From NCBI GenBank assembly GCA_015064525.1, contig SVSC01000003.1, forward strand, positions 1 through 52,389: a DNA stretch of 52,389 nt. Direction: 5' to 3'. Origin of the DNA: Oscillospiraceae bacterium. Its GTDB lineage: Bacteria > Bacillota > Clostridia > Oscillospirales > CAG-272. Shown here in pieces: positions 17,086 to 26,059 of this stretch. Each line of letters starts with the position of its first letter. The first letter of the stretch is position 1. The position numbers and the translations under genes are program-made. The notes under the pieces are model-generated. The model ran no database searches and was not told the origin of the DNA. It saw only the letters and a program-made list of their open reading frames with translations.

Positions 17086-18366
17086 TCAGATTTTTACCGC
17101 GCCCACGGGGCGGATGCGAAGCACCATGCAACGACCCTCACCGAAGGCGGCGTCCATTGCCGCGCGGAAGTCCTCAACGAAGGCGGAGGGAACAAACGCC
17201 TGAACGGTTCCCGCAAAGCCGCCGCCATGCACGCGCCAAGCGGCAGTCTTATCTGTCAAAAGACGCTCCGCCAGGCAGAGTGCCAGGGAAAGCCCCTGCT
17301 CAGCCACGTTCTTGGTGGTGTAAACGTTTTGCAGATAGCAGAAGGAGGAACGGCCCGAGGCGATCACGTTCTCAAAGAACGCCTGAACGTTGCCGCGGTT
17401 CAGCGCATCCTTCTGGAGCGCAACTCTGCGGTTCTCGGCAAAGAAGTGGAGGGCGCGGAGGATCGCGCGGTCCCCCAGCTTTTCGCGGAGGGTGGGGATG
17501 GCGGCGATGACCTCTGCCTCGTCGGTCTCCCGAAGCACCTTCTTGCCCATGGCGGCGGCGATCGACTTCATTTCGGCGGGAACCGACGCGTAGTCGTCGG
17601 TGAGGTCGGCGTGGTTTCCGCCGGTGTTCACAATGCAAAGATTGTAGCCCGCGGCGGTCAGGTCAAAGTCCACCTTTTCGATCACGGGATTCTTGGGGTC
17701 GGCAAAGTCGATGGCGATGATGCCGCCAACGGCGCAAGCCATCTGATCCATCAGGCCACAGGGCTTGCCGAAGAATTCATTCTCGGCGTACTGCGCCAGC
17801 TTTGCGATTTCAACGTTATCCACGCTACCGTTGTTGTAGATATGGCTGAGGATGTTTCCGATCATATCCTCAAAGGCGGCGGAGGAGGAGATTCCCGAGC
17901 CCTTCAGCACGTTGGAGGTGGTGTAGGCGTCGAAGCCGCCAACGGCGTAGCCCTCCTTCAAAAAGCCTGCCGCCATGCCCGCGATCAGCGCATCGGAGCG
18001 GCCGAAGCGATCGGGATCGGGGGCGGTGAAGTGATCAAGGCTCACGGCATCCTCGGGAAAGCCCTCGCTCTTCACGCGGATCACACGGTCGGCGTTGGGG
18101 GCTGCCACCGCAATGATATCCAGATCAATGGAGGCGGCAACCACGCAACCGAAATTGTGGTCGGTGTGATTTCCGGAAAGCTCGCTTCTGCCTGCCACCG
18201 AATACAGGGCGGCATCGCGGTCGGCTCCGTAGAGCGCTTCAAATTCGGTCACTGCGGCGGCATATCTTGCCTTTTGCTTTTCCAATGCCTCCGCGCCGTA
18301 GATGTAGGTCAGGCGTTCATCAAATTGACCGCCCAGCAGAGCGGATTTCAGTTCGGATGTTTTCAT
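17086..18366 (-). CDS. galK: Galactokinase (GHMP kinase)
   Basis: GRSELSGNHTDHN, GSGISSSAA, GKPCGLMDQ, RVHGGGFAG. Confidence 0.93.
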   Translation of the reverse strand: MKTSELKSALLGGQFDERLTYIYGAEALEKQKARYAAAVTEFEALYGADRDAALYSVAGRSELSGNHTDHNFGCVVAASIDLDIIAVAAPNADRVIRVKSEGFPEDAVSLDHFTAPDPDRFGRSDALIAGMAAGFLKEGYAVGGFDAYTTSNVLKGSGISSSAAFEDMIGNILSHIYNNGSVDNVEIAKLAQYAENEFFGKPCGLMDQMACAVGGIIAIDFADPKNPVIEKVDFDLTAAGYNLCIVNTGGNHADLTDDYASVPAEMKSIAAAMGKKVLRETDEAEVIAAIPTLREKLGDRAILRALHFFAENRRVALQKDALNRGNVQAFFENVIASGRSSFCYLQNVYTTKNVAEQGLSLALCLAERLLTDKTAAWRVHGGGFAGTVQAFVPSAFVEDFRAAMDAAFGEGRCMVLRIRPVGAVKI

Positions 18367-18488
18367 GAGAACGATTCCTTTCAATTTGTTTTGTTCACGT
18401 TTGTCTTTATTATAGCATACGACAACGGATTATGCAAGAGTTTTTTCTATTTCTCTTCCATTATCGGTGAAGATTTCTGCCCATGCTA

Positions 18489-18518
18489 TTGACTTTTCCT
18501 GCCTTGATGTGATATAAT
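18489..18518 (+). promoter_or_regulatory. sigmaA-type promoter of the lipoprotein array
   Basis: TTGACT-18 bp-TATAAT with extended TG. Confidence 0.65.
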
Positions 18519-18624
18519 ACAATGAGATAATTGTTTGTCCGCTCCATAGGGATCGGCTAACGCGGCGGGCTTCAACGGTAAAGACAAAAATCAGGATCAA
18601 TCTTTTGTGACGGAGGTATCTACC

Positions 18625-21600
18625 ATGAAAAAATTGAGCGTGTGGACTGCGATTCTTTTGTCGCTGCTCCTGTTGCTGGCTTCCTGCGGTGAGGAGGAAA
18701 CACCCGATGAGGGGAAGCAGCCTGCGGTGAGCGCGTCTCCAAGCGCTGTTACCTTAACGGTTTACACACAACCGGGCGAGCTTTTTACCACCATAGAGCT
18801 TTCGGGAAGCGGAGCGACGATCCCCTCTCTGCCCACTCGGTTTGGATATACTCTTACGGGCTTCTATTCCTCTCCCGAGGGTGGAACCATGATCGCCGAT
18901 TCCGCGGGAACCGTGATCGTGGGCTTTTCCCAAAGCACCGTTGCCTACGCCAACTGGAAGGCAAAGAGCTACATCCTGAAATTTGACGCGGGGGAGGGGA
19001 CGCTTCCCGCGGGCAGTGAGCAGATGGCGCTGTTTTACGACGGAGACCTCTTGAATTTGCCGATCCCCACCCGCGAGGGCTACGATTTTGTCGGTTGGGC
19101 AAACGCCTCGGGCGCAACCTGCTCCAACGGAGGCGTAACGTTAGCCGAGGCGCGTCAGTTCACCCAATCGGCATATGCCATTGGAGAGGGCGAGGAGGTA
19201 ACGCTCACCGCCGTTTGGAAGGAGACCGAGTGCAAGGTCACCTTTGATTTCAACAACGGTTCTTACCGTTCGGAATCGGTAACGGTCACCTACGGAACCG
19301 CCTATTCCGAGCTGACGCTTCCCGCGCAGGATACGGGTGCCTCCATGATCCTTTCTTGGTCGTCCTTCCCCAACAGCGCGGTGTCTCCCGAGGGCGTGAT
19401 CCGAAAGGACGTTACCCTCTACGCCATTTGGGGACAGTATAAGGTTTTCACCTTCCACACCTATGGCGGGCAAACGCTGGAGGAGCGAATCTTCCGCGAT
19501 ATGCCCTCGGCGTTGCCAAAGCCCACCCGTCCCGGCTTTGAATTGGAGGGCTGGTACACCAATGCGGCGCTTTCGGGCAATCCCGTGGCATCGGTTACCT
19601 ACGGCAGCGGCGTAACCGTCTACTACCCGAAATGGGTGGAGGCAACCTACACCGTTCGTTTTTCTACCGATGGCACCGAGCCCATCACCTACCGCATGGG
19701 AGAAAATTTGCAGCTGCCTACCGTGGAGGTGCTTGGCTACGATTTCCTCGGATGGTGCGCGCGGGAGGATCTTTCGGATACGCCTCGCATGGCGATCACG
19801 GCGGGGGACTGGGGCGACATGACCCTTTATCCCAAGCTGCAGGCGAAAACCTACACCGTGGCGCTGGATCCCAACGGCGGCACTCTTTTGGGCGAGGCTT
19901 CGGTGGTGGTCACCTATGGAGAGGGCTTCTCCGCGGTTCTGCCCAAGCGAACAGGCTACACCTTTATGGGCTGGTACACGGACAAGGGTGAGGACGCGAT
20001 CCGCCTTACCGATGCCTCGGGCAATAGCATCAACCCCTTCCTGCAGGCGAGCGCAACCTCCTTCTACGCCCATTGGACACCCACCATCTACAGCATTCTC
20101 TATGAGTCCAACGGCGGAAGCAGCGTGGCGCAGCAGTCGGCGGCGTACTATTCCACCGTCTATCTGCCCGAAGCGCCCTCCAAGGCGGGATTCTTATTCA
20201 ACGGCTGGTATAACGAGGACTTCACCGTGGAATACGGCGAGAGCTTCCGCGTTACGGGCAATACCGTGATCTACGCTATGTGGATCGAGAGCCGCGCCAT
20301 CACCTCCGCGGAGGAATTGAAGGCAATGGCAAAGGATCCCACGGCAAACTATCATCTTGCCTGCGATATTAACATGAACGGCGAAACCTGGACGCCCATC
20401 AACGAGTTCAGCGGAACCTTTACGGGTATGGGCTTCAGAATCTATAATTTTATGCTGTCCGACTACAAGAGCTCCTCTCGCTTCGGCTTTGTGAACATCA
20501 ACTTCGGAAAGATCAAGGGCGTGGTGTTCGATTCGGTTACCTATAGCTATTCCTACGACGGAACCGGCTACGGCGGTTTGATCGCGGGCGTGAACCACGG
20601 CAAGATCATTGATTGCGTCACGCAAAACGGCAAGATCAACTATCAGGGTAACAACTATACCACCGAGGAAAACGGACTGCGGATTGGTGGAATCGCGGGG
20701 GCAAACGCTGCCAACGGTCTGATCCGAAACTGCAGTACCTCTATTGATATAGAAGGAAACACCGCCGCTCATACCAGCGAAAACTGGTATTATCACAAGA
20801 TCAAGGCATACGTTGGCGGAATTACGGGAGAAAACCAGGATGCCGCTGTTATTGAGAGCTGTTGGGTGAGAAACAATATCACCGCAAAGGGCTCCTCTCA
20901 CGCCTCTTCGGATTATTACAAGCAATACGGCAGACTCTTCCATCGGATGCAGATCGGCGGAATTGCGGGTCGAAGCGTTTCGGGAACGTCGATCATCGGT
21001 TGCTTCTTTGAGGGTGAGGTTGGAAGCTACAACAACGGATTTTACAACAATAGCTCCAATAAGCACCGTAACGCAGTGGAATCCAACGTGGGCGGCATTG
21101 TGGGCTATGCCGAGAACGCAACCATCCGCGAATGCAGTGCCTCGGGAAGTGTGTACGCCGTTTCCATGAGCGACACCGACCAAATGACCAACGTGGTCGG
21201 TCGCGCGGGCGGCTTGGTGGGGATGCTCTACAGCAACTCTCTCATGGAGAACTGCGTGGCAAGCGTGAACGTTTCCACCAACGGAGGTTATCACGACAGA
21301 GGCGGACTGGCGGGCTACACCAACAGCATTATCCGCAGCTGTATGGCAGAGGGCGCTGTTTCCGCCAACACGGGAACCAACGGCGGTATGGTTGGCTATC
21401 TCAGCGACGCGGGAACCCTGAACGGCTGTATCTCTTTCAACGGCTCGATCGTTGGCGGTAGCGCGGGCATTGTGAACAACTGTTATTTCGCGGTGGAGAG
21501 CGAATCAACAAATGCAAACGCAATGCTCACCGAGCAGCTTCTCACCGTGGAGGTTTTGCGGGATAAGCTCTTCTGGTCGGAGGAGCTTTGGATCCTGCAG

Positions 21601-21666
21601 GATGGGGAAAAGCCTGCTCTGAAACGGTTTGCAGCCGTGGACAACAATGAAACGGAGGAATCCTGA
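18625..21666 (+). CDS. Large lipoprotein: InlB B-repeat (Flg_new/Listeria-Bacteroides repeat) stalk plus C-terminal GLUG/beta-helix-like domain
   Basis: Lipobox LLASC; repeated P.R.GY.F.GW...T.YA.W units; DINM...WTPI...G.F.G; GGIAG/GGIVG/GGLVG repeats. Confidence 0.85.
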   Translation: MKKLSVWTAILLSLLLLLASCGEEETPDEGKQPAVSASPSAVTLTVYTQPGELFTTIELSGSGATIPSLPTRFGYTLTGFYSSPEGGTMIADSAGTVIVGFSQSTVAYANWKAKSYILKFDAGEGTLPAGSEQMALFYDGDLLNLPIPTREGYDFVGWANASGATCSNGGVTLAEARQFTQSAYAIGEGEEVTLTAVWKETECKVTFDFNNGSYRSESVTVTYGTAYSELTLPAQDTGASMILSWSSFPNSAVSPEGVIRKDVTLYAIWGQYKVFTFHTYGGQTLEERIFRDMPSALPKPTRPGFELEGWYTNAALSGNPVASVTYGSGVTVYYPKWVEATYTVRFSTDGTEPITYRMGENLQLPTVEVLGYDFLGWCAREDLSDTPRMAITAGDWGDMTLYPKLQAKTYTVALDPNGGTLLGEASVVVTYGEGFSAVLPKRTGYTFMGWYTDKGEDAIRLTDASGNSINPFLQASATSFYAHWTPTIYSILYESNGGSSVAQQSAAYYSTVYLPEAPSKAGFLFNGWYNEDFTVEYGESFRVTGNTVIYAMWIESRAITSAEELKAMAKDPTANYHLACDINMNGETWTPINEFSGTFTGMGFRIYNFMLSDYKSSSRFGFVNINFGKIKGVVFDSVTYSYSYDGTGYGGLIAGVNHGKIIDCVTQNGKINYQGNNYTTEENGLRIGGIAGANAANGLIRNCSTSIDIEGNTAAHTSENWYYHKIKAYVGGITGENQDAAVIESCWVRNNITAKGSSHASSDYYKQYGRLFHRMQIGGIAGRSVSGTSIIGCFFEGEVGSYNNGFYNNSSNKHRNAVESNVGGIVGYAENATIRECSASGSVYAVSMSDTDQMTNVVGRAGGLVGMLYSNSLMENCVASVNVSTNGGYHDRGGLAGYTNSIIRSCMAEGAVSANTGTNGGMVGYLSDAGTLNGCISFNGSIVGGSAGIVNNCYFAVESESTNANAMLTEQLLTVEVLRDKLFWSEELWILQDGEKPALKRFAAVDNNETEES

Positions 21667-21670
21667 TAAA

Positions 21671-23170
21671 ATGAAGAACGTATTGCGGTATTGCTTGATC
21701 GGCATTCTTTTGATGCTGGCGCTTTCGGCGCTCTCCTCTTGCGCGGAAAGCGTGCCCGAGCATACGATCCCCGATGGAACCTACAAGATCGTTTTCCACC
21801 CGGGTGAGGATGCGGTGAAGGTGGAGTTCAAAAACGGCAACCCTGCCGATCCGGAACAGAAAAAGCTGTTTTGGGACTTTGAGAACGGCGTTGTGGTGTC
21901 TCGTCTTTATGAAAACGATCGGCTTTCCACCTCGGGCTTTGTTGCCAGCGGATTTGTAGTGCATGATTACAAAGAAAAAGAAGTGAAGTGGAGATGCGTT
22001 CAGGAATACGATGCCAACACCATCGACCCGGGTGAAAAGCTTTATGCCGATTGGCAAAGCTTCTCGGTGAACGTTGAGCAGATTCACAACGACAAGCCCA
22101 TGGGGAACCGTCAAAACATTGAATATGGGAAAAAGCTGAGCTTTCCCCGCCCGTCCATGACGGATATGTATTTTATCGGCTGGTTCAACGCGGACCGCAC
22201 CGTGCAGTACAGCGTTGGCACCGAGCCCTGCTACGGTATGGACGTGATGGGGGCGGGCATTCCCTTCAACCGCGAGAACCTGAGTATTGCGATGTACCCC
22301 GTGTTTGAGGAAAAGGACGTCACCTTGAAGCTGGATCTGGGCAATGGCGAAAAGGAGAGCTTTTCCGCCGACCGCAAAAAGGAGCTTACCCAGGAAATGC
22401 TTCCCAAGCCCGAGATCACCAATCAGGTGTTCAAGCACTGGTCGAGCAGTCAAAACGGCGAGCCTTATCAGGGAATTCCGCAGGATGGAATGACCCTTTA
22501 TGCGGTTTGGGATTACTTTAAGTCAACGGTTTATCACACGGGAACCTCTCAGGGAGATCTGTCGGTGGACGTTTATCTCGGAACGCCCTACGTTCCCGTT
22601 GAGCCGATCCTTCCCGGCTACCGCTTCACGGGCTGGTATGCCACCTCCGATTGCGCGGGAGCCGCCGTGCCGTTGGATGCCATGATCTACGAGCAGCTTC
22701 TGCCCGCGTATTACGCAGGCTGGCAAAAGACCTCCTACACGCTGAAATTCGCGGAGGGTGGCTTTGCCGATATCGTTTACGAGTACGGCTACGGCACCGA
22801 TTCGCTTCCCGTGATGAGCAAGAGCGGATATATTTTTGAGGGCTGGTGTACCGATGCCGCAGGCACCACAACTCCCTTCAAGCAGCTTGGCGCGGATGCC
22901 TACGGCGATTACACCCTCTATCCCAAGTTTACTCCCAGAACCTACACGGTCACACTGGAGGCGGATGCCTCGGGCTATCCCAAGTCGGTTCAGATTGCCT
23001 ATGGAGCAAGCTACAGCCTGGAGGTCCCTCCGCAAAGCGGAAAAACCTTCAAGGGCTGGTACAATTCGGCAGGGGAGCAATATACCGACGCAAACGGTAA
23101 CTCCCTGAAGCCCTATGAAAATTTGGAAAACATCCGCCTGCACGCGGTTTATGAGGAGGATGAGGCATGA
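21671..23170 (+). CDS. InlB B-repeat lipoprotein (long type, paralog of 23816..25324)
   Basis: Lipobox ALSSC; PDGTYKIVF; FIGWFNAD; repeated GY.F.GW; YTDANGNSLKPY. Confidence 0.85.
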   Translation: MKNVLRYCLIGILLMLALSALSSCAESVPEHTIPDGTYKIVFHPGEDAVKVEFKNGNPADPEQKKLFWDFENGVVVSRLYENDRLSTSGFVASGFVVHDYKEKEVKWRCVQEYDANTIDPGEKLYADWQSFSVNVEQIHNDKPMGNRQNIEYGKKLSFPRPSMTDMYFIGWFNADRTVQYSVGTEPCYGMDVMGAGIPFNRENLSIAMYPVFEEKDVTLKLDLGNGEKESFSADRKKELTQEMLPKPEITNQVFKHWSSSQNGEPYQGIPQDGMTLYAVWDYFKSTVYHTGTSQGDLSVDVYLGTPYVPVEPILPGYRFTGWYATSDCAGAAVPLDAMIYEQLLPAYYAGWQKTSYTLKFAEGGFADIVYEYGYGTDSLPVMSKSGYIFEGWCTDAAGTTTPFKQLGADAYGDYTLYPKFTPRTYTVTLEADASGYPKSVQIAYGASYSLEVPPQSGKTFKGWYNSAGEQYTDANGNSLKPYENLENIRLHAVYEEDEA

Positions 23171-23793
23171 GAACGCAACGAACGAAGCGCTTTGGAGCCA
23201 TTTTGCTCCTTGCCGTTACCCTGATGCTTTGTCTTGCCTCCTGCGGCGGGGGATCAAGAGACACCGATGGAGCGCCCTACGGATCGTTTACGGTTCAGGT
23301 GGATCGGAAGAATTACACCTTCTGCTTTGAAAACGGAATTCTTTACTATACCGAGGGGGCCAAGCTTTTCACCGAGGATAAGGCGATCTACACGCTGGTG
23401 AGCAAAAAGGACAGCAGCCGTAAGATCACCGTTGACCTGCAAAACAGTACCGTATGGAAATCGTATTTCCCCGATGGAGATCCGATTTACGACGATGAAA
23501 AACTGGAGGCTGTTTGGGAGGATAAGATCTACCTTGTCCGCTTCCATGAGGACGACAAGCGCGCCGCCAACGAAACGGTAACCTACAAAAACGGTGCAAC
23601 GATTCAGTTCCGCAATTGCGAGGCGCCCGAAGGAAAGCGCTTTGTGGGCTGGTTCAACAAGGACTACTCGGTGCAATATACCAAGGGAACCACCCCCATT
23701 GCGGGATATGAAACGGTGAACGGCAATTTCTTTACCGACCACGCAGGGGAATATATCATTGATTTGCGTCCGAAATTCGAGCCTGCGGCTTGA
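23167..23793 (+). CDS. InlB B-repeat lipoprotein (short type, related to 25340..26011)
   Basis: Lipobox CLASC; PEGKRFVGWFNKDYSVQYT.GT; ends LRPKF.P. Confidence 0.8.
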   Translation: MRTQRTKRFGAILLLAVTLMLCLASCGGGSRDTDGAPYGSFTVQVDRKNYTFCFENGILYYTEGAKLFTEDKAIYTLVSKKDSSRKITVDLQNSTVWKSYFPDGDPIYDDEKLEAVWEDKIYLVRFHEDDKRAANETVTYKNGATIQFRNCEAPEGKRFVGWFNKDYSVQYTKGTTPIAGYETVNGNFFTDHAGEYIIDLRPKFEPAA

Positions 23794-23815
23794 TGGGACG
23801 AAAGGAGTGTTCAAT

Positions 23816-25324
23816 ATGAAAACAAACGGTCTTTGGAAGAGATTGGGCGCATGGCTCTTGGCGATGGTTGCCGTGCTGTCCCTTGCCTCCTGCGACCAAT
23901 CGAGCCCCATGTACGATTATGATGACGACGGTGAGTACGATGAAAATCTTCTGCCCGACGGCACCTATAAGATCGTATTCTGGGAGGGAGAGGATCCCGT
24001 GAAGGTTACCTTCAAGGGCGGCAAGCCCGAGGATCCCTCGCTGTTCTACCGCGAGGGCATGGAATGCGTGGAGCTGTATCCCTCCAAGCAAATGATGAAC
24101 AAGAGAGATCCGCTGTATGCCCGTCAGAACGGAGATATGCACTTCCTTTGCATCGACGACCGAGGCTTGGATCGTCTCATCAAGGCAGGCGATAAGCTTT
24201 GGGCTTGGTGGGACGTGCGGGAGATTTATGTGGATTATGTGGTGGAGGGAGAGCGCAATACCTATGGCTTCCGTCAATTCTACGGTGATCCCATCGAATG
24301 CTACGCTCCTCCCGTGAGCGATGCCGTGTTCGACGGTTGGTTCAATGAGGATTTCACGGTGCGCTACAGCGACGGCGAGGAGTGGATCTTTGGCTACGAG
24401 CTGATCACCAACGATGCCTACCGCATTGTGGATAACACCATCACTCTCTACGGCAGATATATTTCCAAATATCTGGACGTAACGCTGGACTACGGCGAAG
24501 GAAAAACCGACACGCTTCGGGTGGAGCGCGGACAGCACATCAACGATTCCAGAATGGAGCCGCAGGTGGAGGAAACACGAATCCTTACCCATTGGTCGCT
24601 CACCCCCGGAGGAGAGCCCTTTGAGGGGAAGGTGGAGGACAATCTGCGCTTGTATGCGGTTTACATGGGCTACAAGACCACCACGTTGCACGATGGCTTT
24701 GGTAACGCCGCTCAGGTGTATATTCTGGAAACCGACGAGATGATCTATGATAAGGAAAGCGCCTTTGGACGTCCCGGCTTCTCGGTTTCCGCTTGGTACA
24801 CCGATTCCGCTCTTACATCGGCTCCCATCACAACGCTCACCTATCAGAATCTCCAGCCCAACTATTATGCCAAGTGGGAAAGAGCGGTTTACCAAGTGCA
24901 GTTTGCGGGAACTCCCGAGCTGGAAAGCACGCCTCCGCTCACCTATTCCATGGGAGATTTGTTGGTGCTGCCCACGCTGGTTGCCGACGGTCACTATTTT
25001 GCGGGCTGGTCTACCAACGAGGATCTTTCGGGAACACCGCTTCTGAACATCACTCCCGAGATGTACGGCGATCTTACGCTCTATCCCGTGTTCTACGCCA
25101 GAGCCTACCAAATCACCCTTACCGATCGCGACGGCATCTTCTATAACAAAACGGTGAGCGTAACCTACGGAGAATCCTACGAGCTTCCCACCGTTGATGT
25201 GGAAGGACGTCGGTTTATGGGCTGGATGGATGAGAACGGTGTGATGATGACCGATGCCGATGGAAAGAGCCTGAAGCCCTATGACCTTACCTACAGTACC
25301 GCGTTCTACGCGAAATTTGCGTAA
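23816..25324 (+). CDS. InlB B-repeat lipoprotein (long type)
   Basis: AAGGAG RBS; lipobox SLASC; PDGTYKIVF; FDGWFNED; MTDADGKSLKPY. Confidence 0.85.
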   Translation: MKTNGLWKRLGAWLLAMVAVLSLASCDQSSPMYDYDDDGEYDENLLPDGTYKIVFWEGEDPVKVTFKGGKPEDPSLFYREGMECVELYPSKQMMNKRDPLYARQNGDMHFLCIDDRGLDRLIKAGDKLWAWWDVREIYVDYVVEGERNTYGFRQFYGDPIECYAPPVSDAVFDGWFNEDFTVRYSDGEEWIFGYELITNDAYRIVDNTITLYGRYISKYLDVTLDYGEGKTDTLRVERGQHINDSRMEPQVEETRILTHWSLTPGGEPFEGKVEDNLRLYAVYMGYKTTTLHDGFGNAAQVYILETDEMIYDKESAFGRPGFSVSAWYTDSALTSAPITTLTYQNLQPNYYAKWERAVYQVQFAGTPELESTPPLTYSMGDLLVLPTLVADGHYFAGWSTNEDLSGTPLLNITPEMYGDLTLYPVFYARAYQITLTDRDGIFYNKTVSVTYGESYELPTVDVEGRRFMGWMDENGVMMTDADGKSLKPYDLTYSTAFYAKFA

Positions 25325-25339
25325 AGGAGGAAAATTGAC

Positions 25340-26011
25340 ATGAAAGAAAACAATCGAATGAAAAGAATTTTATCTTTGGCATTTGCCGTCTGCTTTTTGT
25401 GGCAGTGCATGGTGTCTTTCTCCTCCTGCGATATGTTCGGCTCGTCCTCCACTTCCTATACTTACAGCTCGGTAGAGGAGGGCTTCTACAAGGTTCACTT
25501 TGAGGAGGACGCCCTGAAATCGGTGAGCGTTGGCATTGGAAACACGCTGATCTTCCCCGAAAGCTACGGTCTGCGAACCATGGAGGAGGAGGTTCGGTAC
25601 TTCTATCTCAATAAGGATTCAAGCTACCCCCGTATCCAGCGCGGAGACGGAGAGGGGGGCGGTCGTTACTGGGAGCAGGTGCGGGAGAAGGGACAAAACT
25701 CAATTCCCGCGGGCGCCACGCTCTACGTGAAGTGGCAGAATCGCATCTATAATCTTCGCTTCTGTAAGGACGAGGTTCACGGAACCACCGTGCAAACCGG
25801 AACCTGCTATTACGGATCTCCTGTGGAATATCCCGAGCCGCCCATCCCCGAGGGAATGCGGTTTGTGGGATGGTTCAACGAGGACTACACGGTACAGTAC
25901 ACCAACGGAACCGAGCCCCTTGAAACCTACGTGTTCCTGAACGTTGCGTTCTTCCCCCGTGGAGCGGTGGAAACCCTTCGTTTCCGTCCTCGCTTCGCGC
26001 CTATTCAATAA
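25340..26011 (+). CDS. InlB B-repeat lipoprotein (short type)
   Basis: AGGAGG RBS; lipobox SFSSC; PEGMRFVGWFNEDYTVQYT.GT; ends FRPRF.P. Confidence 0.8.
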   Translation: MKENNRMKRILSLAFAVCFLWQCMVSFSSCDMFGSSSTSYTYSSVEEGFYKVHFEEDALKSVSVGIGNTLIFPESYGLRTMEEEVRYFYLNKDSSYPRIQRGDGEGGGRYWEQVREKGQNSIPAGATLYVKWQNRIYNLRFCKDEVHGTTVQTGTCYYGSPVEYPEPPIPEGMRFVGWFNEDYTVQYTNGTEPLETYVFLNVAFFPRGAVETLRFRPRFAPIQ

Positions 26012-26022
26012 AGAAAGAACGG

Positions 26023-26056
26023 CGCCGCCAAGTCGAGTTCGACTTGGCGGCGTTTT
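26023..26056. terminator. Terminator between the lipoprotein array and pcrA
   Basis: cgccgccaagtcga / tcgacttggcggcg plus tttt. Confidence 0.8.
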
Positions 26057-26059
26057 GGG

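Noticed and set aside
20600-21500. AAC/TAC-rich C-terminal region as a diversity-generating retroelement target
   Set aside because: No template repeat differing at adenines and no reverse transcriptase in the window; Asn/Tyr richness fits a beta-helix domain
21671-26011. Shufflon or invertible cassette system in the lipoprotein array
   Set aside because: All genes are co-directional and complete; no recombinase and no identical inverted crossover sites were seen
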